A DNA stretch of 64,000 nucleotides from Candidatus Saliniplasma halalkaliphilum (GTDB taxonomy: Archaea; Thermoplasmatota; Thermoplasmata; Halarchaeoplasmatales; Halarchaeoplasmataceae): assembly GCA_019594235.1 (NCBI GenBank), contig JAFDTG010000001.1, positions 5,722-69,721 on the forward strand, written 5' to 3'. Made by a program: the position numbers and the translations under genes. Below, one piece after another: positions 46,620-56,898 of the stretch. Each line of letters begins with the position of its first letter. The stretch's first letter is position 1. The notes beneath the pieces are model-generated. The model saw only the letters and a list, made by a program, of their open reading frames with translations. It searched no databases and was not told where the DNA came from.

Positions 46620-48278
46620 TCAAACGATATAAACTTCACATTCCTCCGTTTTATATATTGAATAATTTGTTCGATAATATTCTAAAGCATGAGGATTGAA
46701 TCTATGAGGTGTGACTCCTGGGGAGGTGGATACACCTTTCAACATATCTTGGTCCCATAATATGTAACTAATATTTAGTGTAGTCAATTCTTCACGTATA
46801 TCCGAAGGGTCTGACGAGAAATACAGATGATAACCTTGAGTCCAAGTTAAGTTATTATTACCCACTCCAAAAAGAACTGCGCTCATCCTGTGATCTGTGG
46901 CTATTTTCTCTTCAATACCACGGGTCCAAATACCCGCTTCTACGTCTTTCCAATCACTGCCTTCCTGATATCCGCTAATACTCTCTTGTTCAGGATACGT
47001 GAAAGGGATCGACCATATAAGAAGAAACGCGATTAAAAGTACCAATATCGTACTTTTACTTTTTCCCTTAAAAGGATTATAGAGATTGAATATCTGGATT
47101 ATACCCAATCCCAATAGGATGGACAAAGGAAGTAGTAAAAACGAAAGCTGTCTCATAGGAAGTAGTGATGAATCTTCTGTTACCACTCCTAATATCATCG
47201 AAAGAGTGGCAAACAAAAACCATCCTACTACGTGTATTCCATCTCTAAATATTTTAATTATTTTCCTAGCTTCAACCGCTAGAATTCCTAAAAGTAATAG
47301 AGGAAAATAAAAAAATACCTGATAACCGAGTTTAAAATTCCTACCAGGTACTCTATAAAATCCAGCGAACAACAATAATGTTGTACAAATTATAAGAGAA
47401 GGTATTGCAAACTTTAAAAAAGTCTTTATATTTTGTTTATGAATATTGATAGGTAATACATAATCTGATTTTCTCCTAAATTTTATTAATACGTATGCTA
47501 CAAAAAGCAGTAGGTATGGGGCTATGATTATCGAATATGAGGGAGTGTCTAAAGCCTGATATATCCTATTTTGACGGAATGGATCCGCATATAACATCCA
47601 GTATAAAATGGCAGTAGTGGTTAGTAAGATATAAGTATAAAATTTATAGGTGTTGGTAACATCCGACCTTCTCTTCACAAATTCCGAGAAAAAGACACCC
47701 CCTAGAATGAATAAGATCGAAAAGTAAGTGGTGAGATGATGTGTTACTACTAAAGCTGCTGCTGTAGGTATTATCAAAAAATAAACCTTTTTACTTTTCT
47801 TAGAAAGGATTATAAAAAACACCAGTAGCACTGCCATGAGAAAGAATCCTACTGTCTCTGGTTTGGGTTGCGAATAATTATAAACAAAAGGAGCTAAGAC
47901 ACCGAGAAACATAGATGATACAAGTGACGGTCTCCATGATTTAGTTATCTTATAAGATAATAAGAAAACAAGTAGTGGAACGAAAGATGATATTATCACG
48001 GGTATGAAGGTAGTACTGTCAAGTAATGAAGTATTCGAGGTTAAATAAAAAGAACCACTCAAAACAAACATACCTGGAAAATAGGGATAAGCTTGCCCCC
48101 AACCATCTATACTAAGATAGGACGAGCCAGTGTTAACCCATTTTTGAGTATAATAAAAGTATTCTCCGAAATCCATACCCCACATAGAATACCTAAAGAG
48201 AGGTATCGTTCTCATTAATAGAGAGAACAATGTTATCGATAAGAGTGATAACAGGATTACCTTGTATCTATTTTTCAT
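46620..48278 (-). CDS. large polytopic membrane protein, possibly GT-C-type glycosyltransferase
   Basis: 552 aa with more than 10 TM segments; acidic first-loop motif WGMDFGEY; C-terminal soluble domain. Confidence 0.4.
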   Translation of the reverse strand: MKNRYKVILLSLLSITLFSLLMRTIPLFRYSMWGMDFGEYFYYTQKWVNTGSSYLSIDGWGQAYPYFPGMFVLSGSFYLTSNTSLLDSTTFIPVIISSFVPLLVFLLSYKITKSWRPSLVSSMFLGVLAPFVYNYSQPKPETVGFFLMAVLLVFFIILSKKSKKVYFLIIPTAAALVVTHHLTTYFSILFILGGVFFSEFVKRRSDVTNTYKFYTYILLTTTAILYWMLYADPFRQNRIYQALDTPSYSIIIAPYLLLFVAYVLIKFRRKSDYVLPINIHKQNIKTFLKFAIPSLIICTTLLLFAGFYRVPGRNFKLGYQVFFYFPLLLLGILAVEARKIIKIFRDGIHVVGWFLFATLSMILGVVTEDSSLLPMRQLSFLLLPLSILLGLGIIQIFNLYNPFKGKSKSTILVLLIAFLLIWSIPFTYPEQESISGYQEGSDWKDVEAGIWTRGIEEKIATDHRMSAVLFGVGNNNLTWTQGYHLYFSSDPSDIREELTTLNISYILWDQDMLKGVSTSPGVTPHRFNPHALEYYRTNYSIYKTEECEVYIV

Positions 48279-48370
48279 CGCTTAAGAGATATAATTACAA
48301 TACTTTATTATTTTTCCTAGTCAACTTCTTGAAACAAAAATATATTAAATATCATTGTGTTAGAAAAATC

Positions 48371-49375
48371 ATGACCGATCTATCTCATAGGTACTCTAGA
48401 CATACCGTATTAAAAGAAATCGGAGATGAAGGACAGAGAAAAATTAGCGAAAGCAAAGTTGCTATACTAGGCCAAGGCGCCCTCGGAACAGTTATGACAG
48501 AAGGACTCGCCCGAAGTGGTGTTGGTGAGATAGTTATCGCAGATAGAGATTTTGTAGAATTGTCGAATCTCCAGCGGCAGGCTCTTTTCGATGAAAACGA
48601 TATCGGAAAGGCAAAAGCCGAAGTCGCGGCAGAGAAATTGAAAAAAATAAACTCTGATATCAAAATAAATTCACATGTTTTAGACATCAATACAAAAAAT
48701 ATTGAAAAATTGATCGATGGTTCGGACCTTGTCATGGACGCTTCAGACAACATGAAACTTAGATTTCTGATAAATGATGCCTGCATAAAACATGATATCC
48801 CATGGATATACTCTGCTGTACTTGGAACCTATGGTATGACCATGAACATCACTTATGAAGGGGCACCATGTCTTCGATGTCTAATACCTGAACAACCTAA
48901 TAGTGAAAGTATGGGAACCTGTGCCTCGGAGGGAGTTCTTTTTTCACTCCCTAGAGTTATCGCCAATATTGCAGCAACTGAGGCTATTAAATTTATAGTG
49001 GGTAGGGAAAACAGAAAAGAACTATTAACTGTGGATATCTGGCGGAACGAATTTGACTTTACCAAAGTTAGAAAAAAGGACGATTGTGACTGCTGTGTAA
49101 ATAAAGATTTTAGATATCTTGAAGGGAAAGACGATGAGACCGTTGAACTTTGTGGACGAGACGCAATACAAATAATACCATCCGATAAAGATAAAGTTGA
49201 TCTCGATAGTTTAGTTAAAAGGTATAGAGATGCGAAAAAGATCGGACAACATCTAGTCCGATTAAATGTTGAAGGTTACGAGTTAAATATCTTCAAGGAC
49301 GGTCGAATAATAGTGAAGGGAACCGAGGATGTTAACAAGGCAAAAAGTCTATATTCAGAATACATCGGCAGATAA
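48371..49375 (+). CDS. ThiF/MoeB/UbaA-family E1-like adenylyltransferase
   Basis: GQGALGT nucleotide loop, ADRDFVELSNLQRQ, CxxC...CxxC Zn site; ~90-aa C-terminal extension; start at ATG 48371 (the longer track ORF overlaps the upstream gene). Confidence 0.75.
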   Translation: MTDLSHRYSRHTVLKEIGDEGQRKISESKVAILGQGALGTVMTEGLARSGVGEIVIADRDFVELSNLQRQALFDENDIGKAKAEVAAEKLKKINSDIKINSHVLDINTKNIEKLIDGSDLVMDASDNMKLRFLINDACIKHDIPWIYSAVLGTYGMTMNITYEGAPCLRCLIPEQPNSESMGTCASEGVLFSLPRVIANIAATEAIKFIVGRENRKELLTVDIWRNEFDFTKVRKKDDCDCCVNKDFRYLEGKDDETVELCGRDAIQIIPSDKDKVDLDSLVKRYRDAKKIGQHLVRLNVEGYELNIFKDGRIIVKGTEDVNKAKSLYSEYIGR

Positions 49376-49386
49376 TATTCTTTAAA

Positions 49387-50007
49387 TTAGGGTTTAAAAT
49401 ATTCTAAACTTTCTATAAGTGGGTTTATCTGTATCTTTTTTTCTTCACGTAAAACTTCATCGTTAGAACTCTTTATCCTTGGTCCAGAGGGTGTGAGTAG
49501 ACAGCAAACTGCAGGTTTTATGGATATATCAAATGTTCCGATCTCTTTAGCTATATCAATTATCTCATTCTTGTCTAGACCGATCAATGGTCTGTGGATG
49601 GGGAGATCAACAGCCTCATCTTCAGTTGCCAAATTAGATAAAGTTTGAGAAGCGACTTGCCCTAGAGATTCACCGGTAGCTATCGAGGAGGCTTCGAGGT
49701 TTTCTGCTAACTTCTCTGCAGCTCTGTACATCATACGTCTGCAAAGTATACATCTAAAGCTGGATTCCGTATTCTTTGTGATCAACTTATGAATATCTTC
49801 GAATTTAGTTCGGTAAAAAACAATATCAGGATGAATTTCTTTCAATCTATCGACCAGTTTGTCAACATTTTTTATGGTCTTATCATCGGTGAAGGGTCTA
49901 TGGTCTATATTTAACAATATGACTTTTGCCCCTGCCTCAGCGAAGAGATGTGCGGCAACGGGAGAATCTATCCCTCCTGACAGCAAAACAACAACCTTTT
50001 GTACCAT
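49387..50007 (-). CDS. ThiI-like PP-loop sulfurtransferase (THUMP-less) with CxxC
   Basis: LLSGGIDSPVAA PP-loop; CILCRR and a later CC, recalling Fe-S-dependent archaeal ThiI. Confidence 0.6.
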   Translation of the reverse strand: MVQKVVVLLSGGIDSPVAAHLFAEAGAKVILLNIDHRPFTDDKTIKNVDKLVDRLKEIHPDIVFYRTKFEDIHKLITKNTESSFRCILCRRMMYRAAEKLAENLEASSIATGESLGQVASQTLSNLATEDEAVDLPIHRPLIGLDKNEIIDIAKEIGTFDISIKPAVCCLLTPSGPRIKSSNDEVLREEKKIQINPLIESLEYFKP

Positions 50008-50113
50008 TAAACTGGTCGAAAGCGTAAGATGTATATAAGATTAGGGAAAAATGGGGTATGTCGAACAAAAAGCTTATTATATAACTTTGTTTTGGGTAGA
50101 TGGATTAGTAAAT

Positions 50114-50293
50114 ATGACAAGGGAACACACTCGATTTGAAAAGGCTAGGATCATAGGCGCAAGATCTCTGCAGATATCTATGGGAGCTCCGTCTCTGATT
50201 GATGTCCCAGAAGATATGGTAGATCCAGTGGATATCGCTGTGGCCGAGTATGAAAAAAGTGTAATACCGATCTCAATTTTAAGAGAGGAATAA
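50114..50293 (+). CDS. rpoK: DNA-directed RNA polymerase subunit K (Rpb6 homologue)
   Basis: TRFEKARIIGARSLQI core; conserved position upstream of rps2. Confidence 0.8.
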   Translation: MTREHTRFEKARIIGARSLQISMGAPSLIDVPEDMVDPVDIAVAEYEKSVIPISILREE

Positions 50294-50295
50294 CA

Positions 50296-50916
50296 ATGGA
50301 AGAAACTATGGTTGAAGACGAAGAAGATATGCTGATACTAGAAGATCAATATTTGACCGCAGGTGTCCATATAGGAACGCAACAGAAAAGTGCTTCGATG
50401 GAGCCATTCATTTTTAAAGTTAGAGATGATGGTCTCTTCGTTCTGGATGTTAAAAAAAGCGACAGTAGGATAACATCTGTTGCAAAATTGTTATCACGTT
50501 ATCCTCCTGAAAGAATCCTCTTAGTTTCAGCTAGACAGTATGGTAAAAAGCCTATCGAAGAATTTTCTGAAATAGTTGGTACCATGAGTATCGCTGGTAG
50601 ATTCATACCTGGCTCTCTCACCAACCCGTCATTACATTCCTTCATCGAACCAGAGATAATGGTTGTAGTTGATCCAGCAGCAGATAGACAAGCTGTTAGA
50701 GAGGCTGTAGGTATAGGTATTCCAATAATAGGACTTGTAGATACCAATAACAGACTGGAAAATATAGACGTAGCATTACCAACTAACAACAAAGGTAGGA
50801 AAGCTCTCGCATTGGTATTCTGGTTACTTTCAAGAGAAATGGCTATGATTAAGGGCGATATAGAAAAAAGAGAAGATTTCCCCTTTGAAGTCGAAGATTT
50901 CGAACAGGAATTATAG
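50296..50916 (+). CDS. rps2: 30S ribosomal protein S2
   Basis: 206 aa; LLAAGVHIGT-like TAGVHIGTQ motif. Confidence 0.9.
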   Translation: MEETMVEDEEDMLILEDQYLTAGVHIGTQQKSASMEPFIFKVRDDGLFVLDVKKSDSRITSVAKLLSRYPPERILLVSARQYGKKPIEEFSEIVGTMSIAGRFIPGSLTNPSLHSFIEPEIMVVVDPAADRQAVREAVGIGIPIIGLVDTNNRLENIDVALPTNNKGRKALALVFWLLSREMAMIKGDIEKREDFPFEVEDFEQEL

Positions 50917-50963
50917 CTAAAAACTCATTTTTTTCATTTGTTTTTGGTATGGGATCTGATCAT

Positions 50964-52886
50964 TTAGTATAATCTCACCGTTTCCAGATTTTTAGGAGTC
51001 CTAGTTTCCATTCCATACTTTTTATAGATGGTACTAGCTAAATTAGTACACTTACCTTCTTCACCATGGCTAACTATAACTCTTTCTGGGTTAGGTTTCA
51101 TTCCACTTATGTAATGAAGTAACTGTATTCTATCGCTGTGACCTGAGAATCCTTCACATGTATAGACTTTCAATTTAACTTTTATATCGATCGGATCTCC
51201 ATTTTGTGTTAAAGTGATGTGATCATACTCTTTTTGGATTTTATCTCCAATGGTTCCATCTGCTTGATACCCTACGAATATTATAGCAGTTTCAGGATCA
51301 TCTCCCCATGCTTTGAAATACTCTAACACTGGTCCTCCATTCATCATACCGGCGGTGGCTAGAACTATAGCAGGCTCGGAACTATCACATATCTCTTCTC
51401 TCATATCCCTGCTGTCCACTTGCTGGAATATATCAGATAAGAATGGATTTTCATCCTGATGGAATATCTTTTTCTTGAGTTTGTTATTTAAAAATTCCGG
51501 ATATGCTGTATGAATAGCGGTAGCTTCCCATATCATACCATCTAGGTACACTGGTGCTGTAGGTATTTCACCTTTATTCATGGCTTCCTCTATCACCAGC
51601 ATTACCTCCTGTGATCTACCTACGGCGAACACAGGAACAAGTACCTTTCCACTACCATGAGTTAGATGCTGTTCTAAAATATCTTTCAACTGTGCAACTG
51701 CATCTCTCCTGCTGGGTTGTAGATCATGATATCCCCCATAAGTAGATTCCATAACGACAGTTTCAACTCTAGGGAACTTGTTAACAGCTTGATTAAATAA
51801 CCAAGTATTGTCATATTTTATATCACCAGTGAAGGCAACATTATAGTCTCCATCACCTATATGGAGGTGTGCAACAGCTGATCCCAAAATATGACCTGCA
51901 TTGTGAAGTGTTAATCTTATATCTGGTGCTATATCTGTGGTTTCTCCGTACTCCAATGGAACAGTATGTTTTACGGCCTCTCTTACGTGAGATGATTTGT
52001 AAGGAGGTTCTCTAGCCTCTCCGACAGCCACTTTAATATAATCTAGTTGTAGAAGAGCGGCTAGGTCTCTAGTAGGTGGGGTACAATATATAGGACCCTC
52101 AAATCCATATTTATAAAGTGCTGGGGCTAAACCACTATGATCAAGATGAGCATGGGTAAGAATAATAGCATCAATACTATCTAAAGGTAGCAGTTCCGGA
52201 GCATTCAGGTAAGGTGTTCCATCATCATCAGAAGATACATCTGCACCACAATCGACTAAAACCTTACTGTCTCTTGTGTGTAATAAATGAGCGGACCTTC
52301 CTACTTCTCTGTAGCCTCCAAGAGCAGTTATTCTTGCGAAAGTTTCCCCAGATCTGGTATCTCTGTTTATTTTTCTACCAAGTTTATTGAGGAATTTTCT
52401 CCTTTCACCCCGAACTGCTCTCAAATAACTTCTAATATCCTTTACAGTTTTTGAAGGTATAGGCGGGGCACGAACAACGTCTGGTGCCCATCCGGTTTCT
52501 CTTTTAATTTCATTTAAAATCTTCCCTTTTTTACCTATTGCTATACCAGGAGCCTCAGCTTCGATAGTAACTTCCCCTAAATCTTCTTTAAAAAATATGT
52601 CAGTTGTCTTAGCTTCTTCTGGAATTATCTCTTTGATTTTACTTTCTGCTTCTTCTGGAGTATCTAATAATGAAGGATCTGGTCTGATCGAAATCCTTCT
52701 CTTTACTTTTTCTGCAAGCTTTTTAACTGTTCCTGATTCTTTCGTGAATTCCTCTAAATCTTTGGTGTAAATAACGATAGTCGAGCCTTCAAACTCGATA
52801 TTGGTTACACTCACAGGTTTAGATAATACTTCACGAATCGCTTCTTTTGCATCGTTCAAAATGTCTTCCACACTCATATAGTTCAC
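50964..52886 (-). CDS. aCPSF1/FttA beta-CASP ribonuclease with N-terminal KH domains
   Basis: 640 aa; HAHLDHSG metallo-beta-lactamase motif; beta-CASP region. Confidence 0.9.
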   Translation of the reverse strand: MNYMSVEDILNDAKEAIREVLSKPVSVTNIEFEGSTIVIYTKDLEEFTKESGTVKKLAEKVKRRISIRPDPSLLDTPEEAESKIKEIIPEEAKTTDIFFKEDLGEVTIEAEAPGIAIGKKGKILNEIKRETGWAPDVVRAPPIPSKTVKDIRSYLRAVRGERRKFLNKLGRKINRDTRSGETFARITALGGYREVGRSAHLLHTRDSKVLVDCGADVSSDDDGTPYLNAPELLPLDSIDAIILTHAHLDHSGLAPALYKYGFEGPIYCTPPTRDLAALLQLDYIKVAVGEAREPPYKSSHVREAVKHTVPLEYGETTDIAPDIRLTLHNAGHILGSAVAHLHIGDGDYNVAFTGDIKYDNTWLFNQAVNKFPRVETVVMESTYGGYHDLQPSRRDAVAQLKDILEQHLTHGSGKVLVPVFAVGRSQEVMLVIEEAMNKGEIPTAPVYLDGMIWEATAIHTAYPEFLNNKLKKKIFHQDENPFLSDIFQQVDSRDMREEICDSSEPAIVLATAGMMNGGPVLEYFKAWGDDPETAIIFVGYQADGTIGDKIQKEYDHITLTQNGDPIDIKVKLKVYTCEGFSGHSDRIQLLHYISGMKPNPERVIVSHGEEGKCTNLASTIYKKYGMETRTPKNLETVRLY

Positions 52887-52937
52887 TCTTTAAATTGCTG
52901 TTAAATCTAGTTTATGAAATGTATTTTAGTAAACAGA

Positions 52938-53603
52938 TCATAAAGGAGGTAAATTTTGTTTCTCCTTACGTACATTGGATATACGTTTATCGATATCTTC
53001 ATCTTCGATCTCTTCGAAACCCTCTTCCTTGGTGATTTTAGCTACACGAATTCCGTCTCCAGAAGCAGAATCTCTGCTGCTTGAAACGAGTAAACATAAA
53101 ACCGCTAAATCCACTCCTTCTTCAATACTCATACCTTCTTTGTAATGATCTTCAAGAACACCATAAACAAATGGGGAACCTGATCCCTCAGAAACGTAAT
53201 CATCCGAGATGGCTCCACCTGCCATGTCCAAGGAGTAAACATGTCCACCATTAGTATCTACGCCACCTAATAATAGGCCTACAAAGTAAGGCATCATTCT
53301 TCGACCCAATAACATATTTGAAAGTAATGTCGAAGCAGCTTTAACAGTCATATCCCTGTTTCTTTTTAATCTATATAACTCTACTTCAGAACTAAGAAAC
53401 CTTGATATGGCTTGTCCATCCCCAACAAGGCCAGAAATGGTGAGTGCCATATTATCTCCAATTTGGAAAAGTTTCCGTGTATCTTTATGAGCAATCATAT
53501 GACCTTTGGTAGCTCTTTTCTCAGTAGCAAGAACTACTCCTCCGTTACAAACAATTCCTACGGTCGTAGTACCTTTCTTTTTCATATTATCAATTTCATT
53601 CAT
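52938..53603 (-). CDS. psmB: proteasome beta subunit
   Basis: Propeptide followed by the TTTVGI catalytic Thr; 221 aa. Confidence 0.9.
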   Translation of the reverse strand: MNEIDNMKKKGTTTVGIVCNGGVVLATEKRATKGHMIAHKDTRKLFQIGDNMALTISGLVGDGQAISRFLSSEVELYRLKRNRDMTVKAASTLLSNMLLGRRMMPYFVGLLLGGVDTNGGHVYSLDMAGGAISDDYVSEGSGSPFVYGVLEDHYKEGMSIEEGVDLAVLCLLVSSSRDSASGDGIRVAKITKEEGFEEIEDEDIDKRISNVRKEKQNLPPL

Positions 53604-53799
53604 GTTTTCACACTCAACCCAATCATATTAAATTATATCTCAATTAGTCTTTATTAATAAAAGGTTTTCTAAAATCTCTACATTCATTTAAGAAAAACTA
53701 TTATTTATGTGTTTCCATCACAATAGCTATTATTCTTGAAAATCTCTTTTCCAATTTAAAAATGTTGGTTAAACATTTTAATAATAGGAATACATTGGA

Positions 53800-54789
53800 G
53801 TGGCTGTGTTTGATATAGAAGCTAAACTTTTGTTGACTACTGCTCTGTTAGTCACATACCTGATTGGAATTATCATTTTCAAGCCTCTGCTACAGAAACT
53901 AAGAAAGGAAGGTTTTACCGGTAGAGACATGTATAAACTTGGATATCCATCGGTTCCAGAGATGGGAGGGATCGGGATCGCTTTTGCGTACCTTACCGGT
54001 CTGCTTTTTTTAAGTTCATTCCATGACATCCCATCTATATCATATATCGTTACATTTGTACTCATTTTGTACTTCTTTTTTGGTTTAGTTGATGATATAG
54101 TAGGTGTAGGTGGAGCTTTTAAATTCACACACAGCGAAATCGTTAAGATATTGATTCCGCTCTTTTTTGCTTTCCCTTTGATAAGATACGTAGGTACATC
54201 GATTTATCTCCCCTACTTAGGGGTAATGGAATTTGGATTAGTATATATGATAATAATACTGCCAGTTTTCATAATGGTATGTGCGAACCTGGTTAACATG
54301 TTTTCTTATTATAATGGGCAGTCCGCCGGAACCACCTTGATAGTGCTTTCATTCCTTACTTTAAAATTAATTGAAACCGGGAAAACAGATATCCTATTTT
54401 TTTTATTCCCATTTATGGGTGCTACATTATCTTTTCTTTCATACAATATCCATCCGGCAGGAGTTTTTCCTGGCGATTGTGGTGATATGATCATGGGTGC
54501 CATGATAGGTATAGTTGCGGTATTGGGTAATTTAGAATTATATACATTCATTTGTCTCCTACCTTTAACTATCAACTTCCTGATGGTGTCATATTGGTTC
54601 CTTTCTGAGAGAGGTGAGCGTCATGAAAAGTTTGGTAAAGTGGATAAAGATGGTAACATAGATCCACCAAATGCAAAAACCCTTGTTTGGTTATTTCCAA
54701 ATATCTGGCCTTTAGATGAAAGAAAAACAACACTCTTGATGTATCTGTTAGTTTTTGTCTCTTCTCTTTCTGCATGGGTATTATTTTAA
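53800..54789 (+). CDS. GT4-family polyprenyl-phosphate sugar-1-phosphate transferase (MraY/WecA/AglH-like)
   Basis: GTG start; VPEMGGIGIA and DDIVGVGG motifs; ~10 TM segments. Confidence 0.65.
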   Translation: MAVFDIEAKLLLTTALLVTYLIGIIIFKPLLQKLRKEGFTGRDMYKLGYPSVPEMGGIGIAFAYLTGLLFLSSFHDIPSISYIVTFVLILYFFFGLVDDIVGVGGAFKFTHSEIVKILIPLFFAFPLIRYVGTSIYLPYLGVMEFGLVYMIIILPVFIMVCANLVNMFSYYNGQSAGTTLIVLSFLTLKLIETGKTDILFFLFPFMGATLSFLSYNIHPAGVFPGDCGDMIMGAMIGIVAVLGNLELYTFICLLPLTINFLMVSYWFLSERGERHEKFGKVDKDGNIDPPNAKTLVWLFPNIWPLDERKTTLLMYLLVFVSSLSAWVLF

Positions 54790-54889
54790 TACCCCTTGTG
54801 TATCTATGCAAATAATACTTATATATAATGAATGTGTGAATGAAGTACGCAAATACGAATTTATGAAAACCGATAAATGAGGATTTAAT

Positions 54890-55840
54890 ATGATAATCGT
54901 GTCTCTCTCGATAATGGTCGCCTTTTTTGTTTCTCTGCTTATTACCAAATGGCAGATAAAGAGTTTTGGGCATGCCGGGATAGATGGGACCGATATGCAT
55001 AAAAGACACAAACCCCGTGTTCCCGAAATGGGAGGTTTATCGGCTATAATGGGCTTCGTTATCGGTTTATCTTTATTTTTAAGTGATAAAAGAGGTCTGA
55101 ATGAACCTATATTCCTCACAGCATTGATCGGTATAATCGGAGCGGGTCTGATCGGCATGGTCGATGATATGGTTCGAGTTCGTCAAAGAGTTAAAGCCTT
55201 TTTACCTTACCTTTTTACGATCCCATTCGGAATAAATATGATGGGGTATCCTCTGGAAGTTTTTGGTTTTACAATAGATAATCCTTATCTCATCTTTTTA
55301 GTAGTACCATTTGGTGTAACGTGTGCTGCAAATGCATCTAACATGCTCGAAGGATTCAACGGATTAGGTGCAGGATTATCTATAATAATATCGACTTCAC
55401 TGGTGATTTTAATATATTTACAGGGTGGTCCAGATCGAGGATTCTATATTTTATTCCCTCTCCTTGGGGCAGTGATGGGATTCGGTGTTTTTAATCTATA
55501 CCCATCTTTAATCTTTCCAGGAGATACTTTTACCCTATTCAGTGGAGCTGCGATAGGAATAGCTGCCATAATAAGTGGTCTTATCACGCCAGGTATTATA
55601 ATGTTCATCCCTATGATACTGGAATTCTTTTTAAAGTTCAAAGGTGGTTTTAAAGCTGAAAATTTTGCACGACCAGATAAAGATGGTTATCTGAAAAGTA
55701 GAAACGATAAGATCGAGAGTTTGACTCACATCCTGGTTAAGTATTTCAGATTGAAAGAATGGCAATTGGTATCTATAATATGGGGGATAGAAATCGTACT
55801 TTGCTCTTTCGTAATAATTTTCTATATCTTTATCTTCTAA
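54890..55840 (+). CDS. GT4-family polyprenyl-phosphate sugar-1-phosphate transferase paralogue (MraY/WecA/AglH-like)
   Basis: VPEMGGLSAI and MVDDMVRV motifs; in tandem with the previous gene. Confidence 0.65.
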   Translation: MIIVSLSIMVAFFVSLLITKWQIKSFGHAGIDGTDMHKRHKPRVPEMGGLSAIMGFVIGLSLFLSDKRGLNEPIFLTALIGIIGAGLIGMVDDMVRVRQRVKAFLPYLFTIPFGINMMGYPLEVFGFTIDNPYLIFLVVPFGVTCAANASNMLEGFNGLGAGLSIIISTSLVILIYLQGGPDRGFYILFPLLGAVMGFGVFNLYPSLIFPGDTFTLFSGAAIGIAAIISGLITPGIIMFIPMILEFFLKFKGGFKAENFARPDKDGYLKSRNDKIESLTHILVKYFRLKEWQLVSIIWGIEIVLCSFVIIFYIFIF

Positions 55841-55900
55841 ATTTTTTCATTATCAACATCAACCAAGAAATATAATAACAGTAATCCCATTTAGTAAAAT

Positions 55901-56602
55901 ATGTATCGTTTAGAATGTAAGTGCATGCTCAAAAAAGAAGATAAATTCATACTGGGTGAAGGTAGAAAAAAAATATTAGAGTTAGTTTCTGAAACGGGAT
56001 CGATAAAAGAGGCAGCCAAGGAGATGGGAATGTCTTACAGACATGCATGGGGTATAATAAAAAAAATAGAAGAAGGGGCCGGAAAAGAAATCGTGGTTTC
56101 TAAAAGAGGAGGAGAGAAAGGCGGAGGGACTAGATTATCAAAATTTGGTGAACAATTGTTGGAGATCTATAAAGAAATGAAAAAGGAGCATAGAGGCGAT
56201 GTATATTTGAACCCTGCTTTAACTGTGGATGGAATCATAGAAAAAGATGGTGAAATTCTTCTTATAAAAAGGAAAAAAGATCCTTTCAAAGATAAGTATG
56301 CGCTTCCAGGAGGTTTTGTTGAATACAAAGAAAAGGTGGAAAGTGCGGTGACTAGAGAGATTGAGGAAGAAACTGGTCTAAAAACAGAAGTAAAAGAATT
56401 GATCGGTGTATATTCTGAACGTGGAAGAGATCCCAGGGGACATACCGTTTCAGTAGTATATTCATTAGGTGTTAAAGGTGGTCCTATTTCTAGCGGCAGC
56501 GATGCTAAAGAAGCAAAATATTTTCCCAAATATGAGCTTCCAGAACTTGCTTTCGATCACAAAAAAATAATCAAAGATTATTTACTTCTTTCTCGTGATT
56601 AG
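55901..56602 (+). CDS. ModE-like wHTH domain fused to a NUDIX hydrolase
   Basis: N-terminus GSIKEAAKEMGMSYRHAWGIIKKIE resembles the ModE N-terminal HTH; C-terminal Nudix box GGFVEYKEKVESAVTREIEEETG. Confidence 0.65.
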   Translation: MYRLECKCMLKKEDKFILGEGRKKILELVSETGSIKEAAKEMGMSYRHAWGIIKKIEEGAGKEIVVSKRGGEKGGGTRLSKFGEQLLEIYKEMKKEHRGDVYLNPALTVDGIIEKDGEILLIKRKKDPFKDKYALPGGFVEYKEKVESAVTREIEEETGLKTEVKELIGVYSERGRDPRGHTVSVVYSLGVKGGPISSGSDAKEAKYFPKYELPELAFDHKKIIKDYLLLSRD

Positions 56603-56800
56603 ACGATATCTTGTCTTAGTTCCTTCTAGTTTTCCGCTAAGCGTCTTTACGATATTTGCGTATTCATCGGAATTATTATAATTCTTTGCAAAATCATACT
56701 GGCCTACAACAGGTTCAAATCCCATGTTTTTCATCTTTTTTATAACGACTTCCGCTGGTGTTCCTTCACTAGAAAAATACAATTCAATATATAATTTCAT
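56582..56800 (-). CDS. small hypothetical protein (72 aa)
   Basis: Overlaps the 3' end of the convergent gene by 21 nt; globular-looking composition; no motif. Confidence 0.3.
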   Translation of the reverse strand: MKLYIELYFSSEGTPAEVVIKKMKNMGFEPVVGQYDFAKNYNNSDEYANIVKTLSGKLEGTKTRYRLITRKK

Positions 56801-56898
56801 AACAGTGTTTAGAAATGCAATTAGGATATATAATTATTATGGTCCAGGTTGTTTAGTGGGTAATACTTAATATAACAGGCATAATTAGCTGATTGTTC

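Noticed and set aside
54572-55158. Two overlapping minus-strand ORFs (145 and 125 aa) spanning the junction of the two GT4 genes
   Set aside because: They are antisense to the GT4 genes, contain no motifs, and overlap each other.
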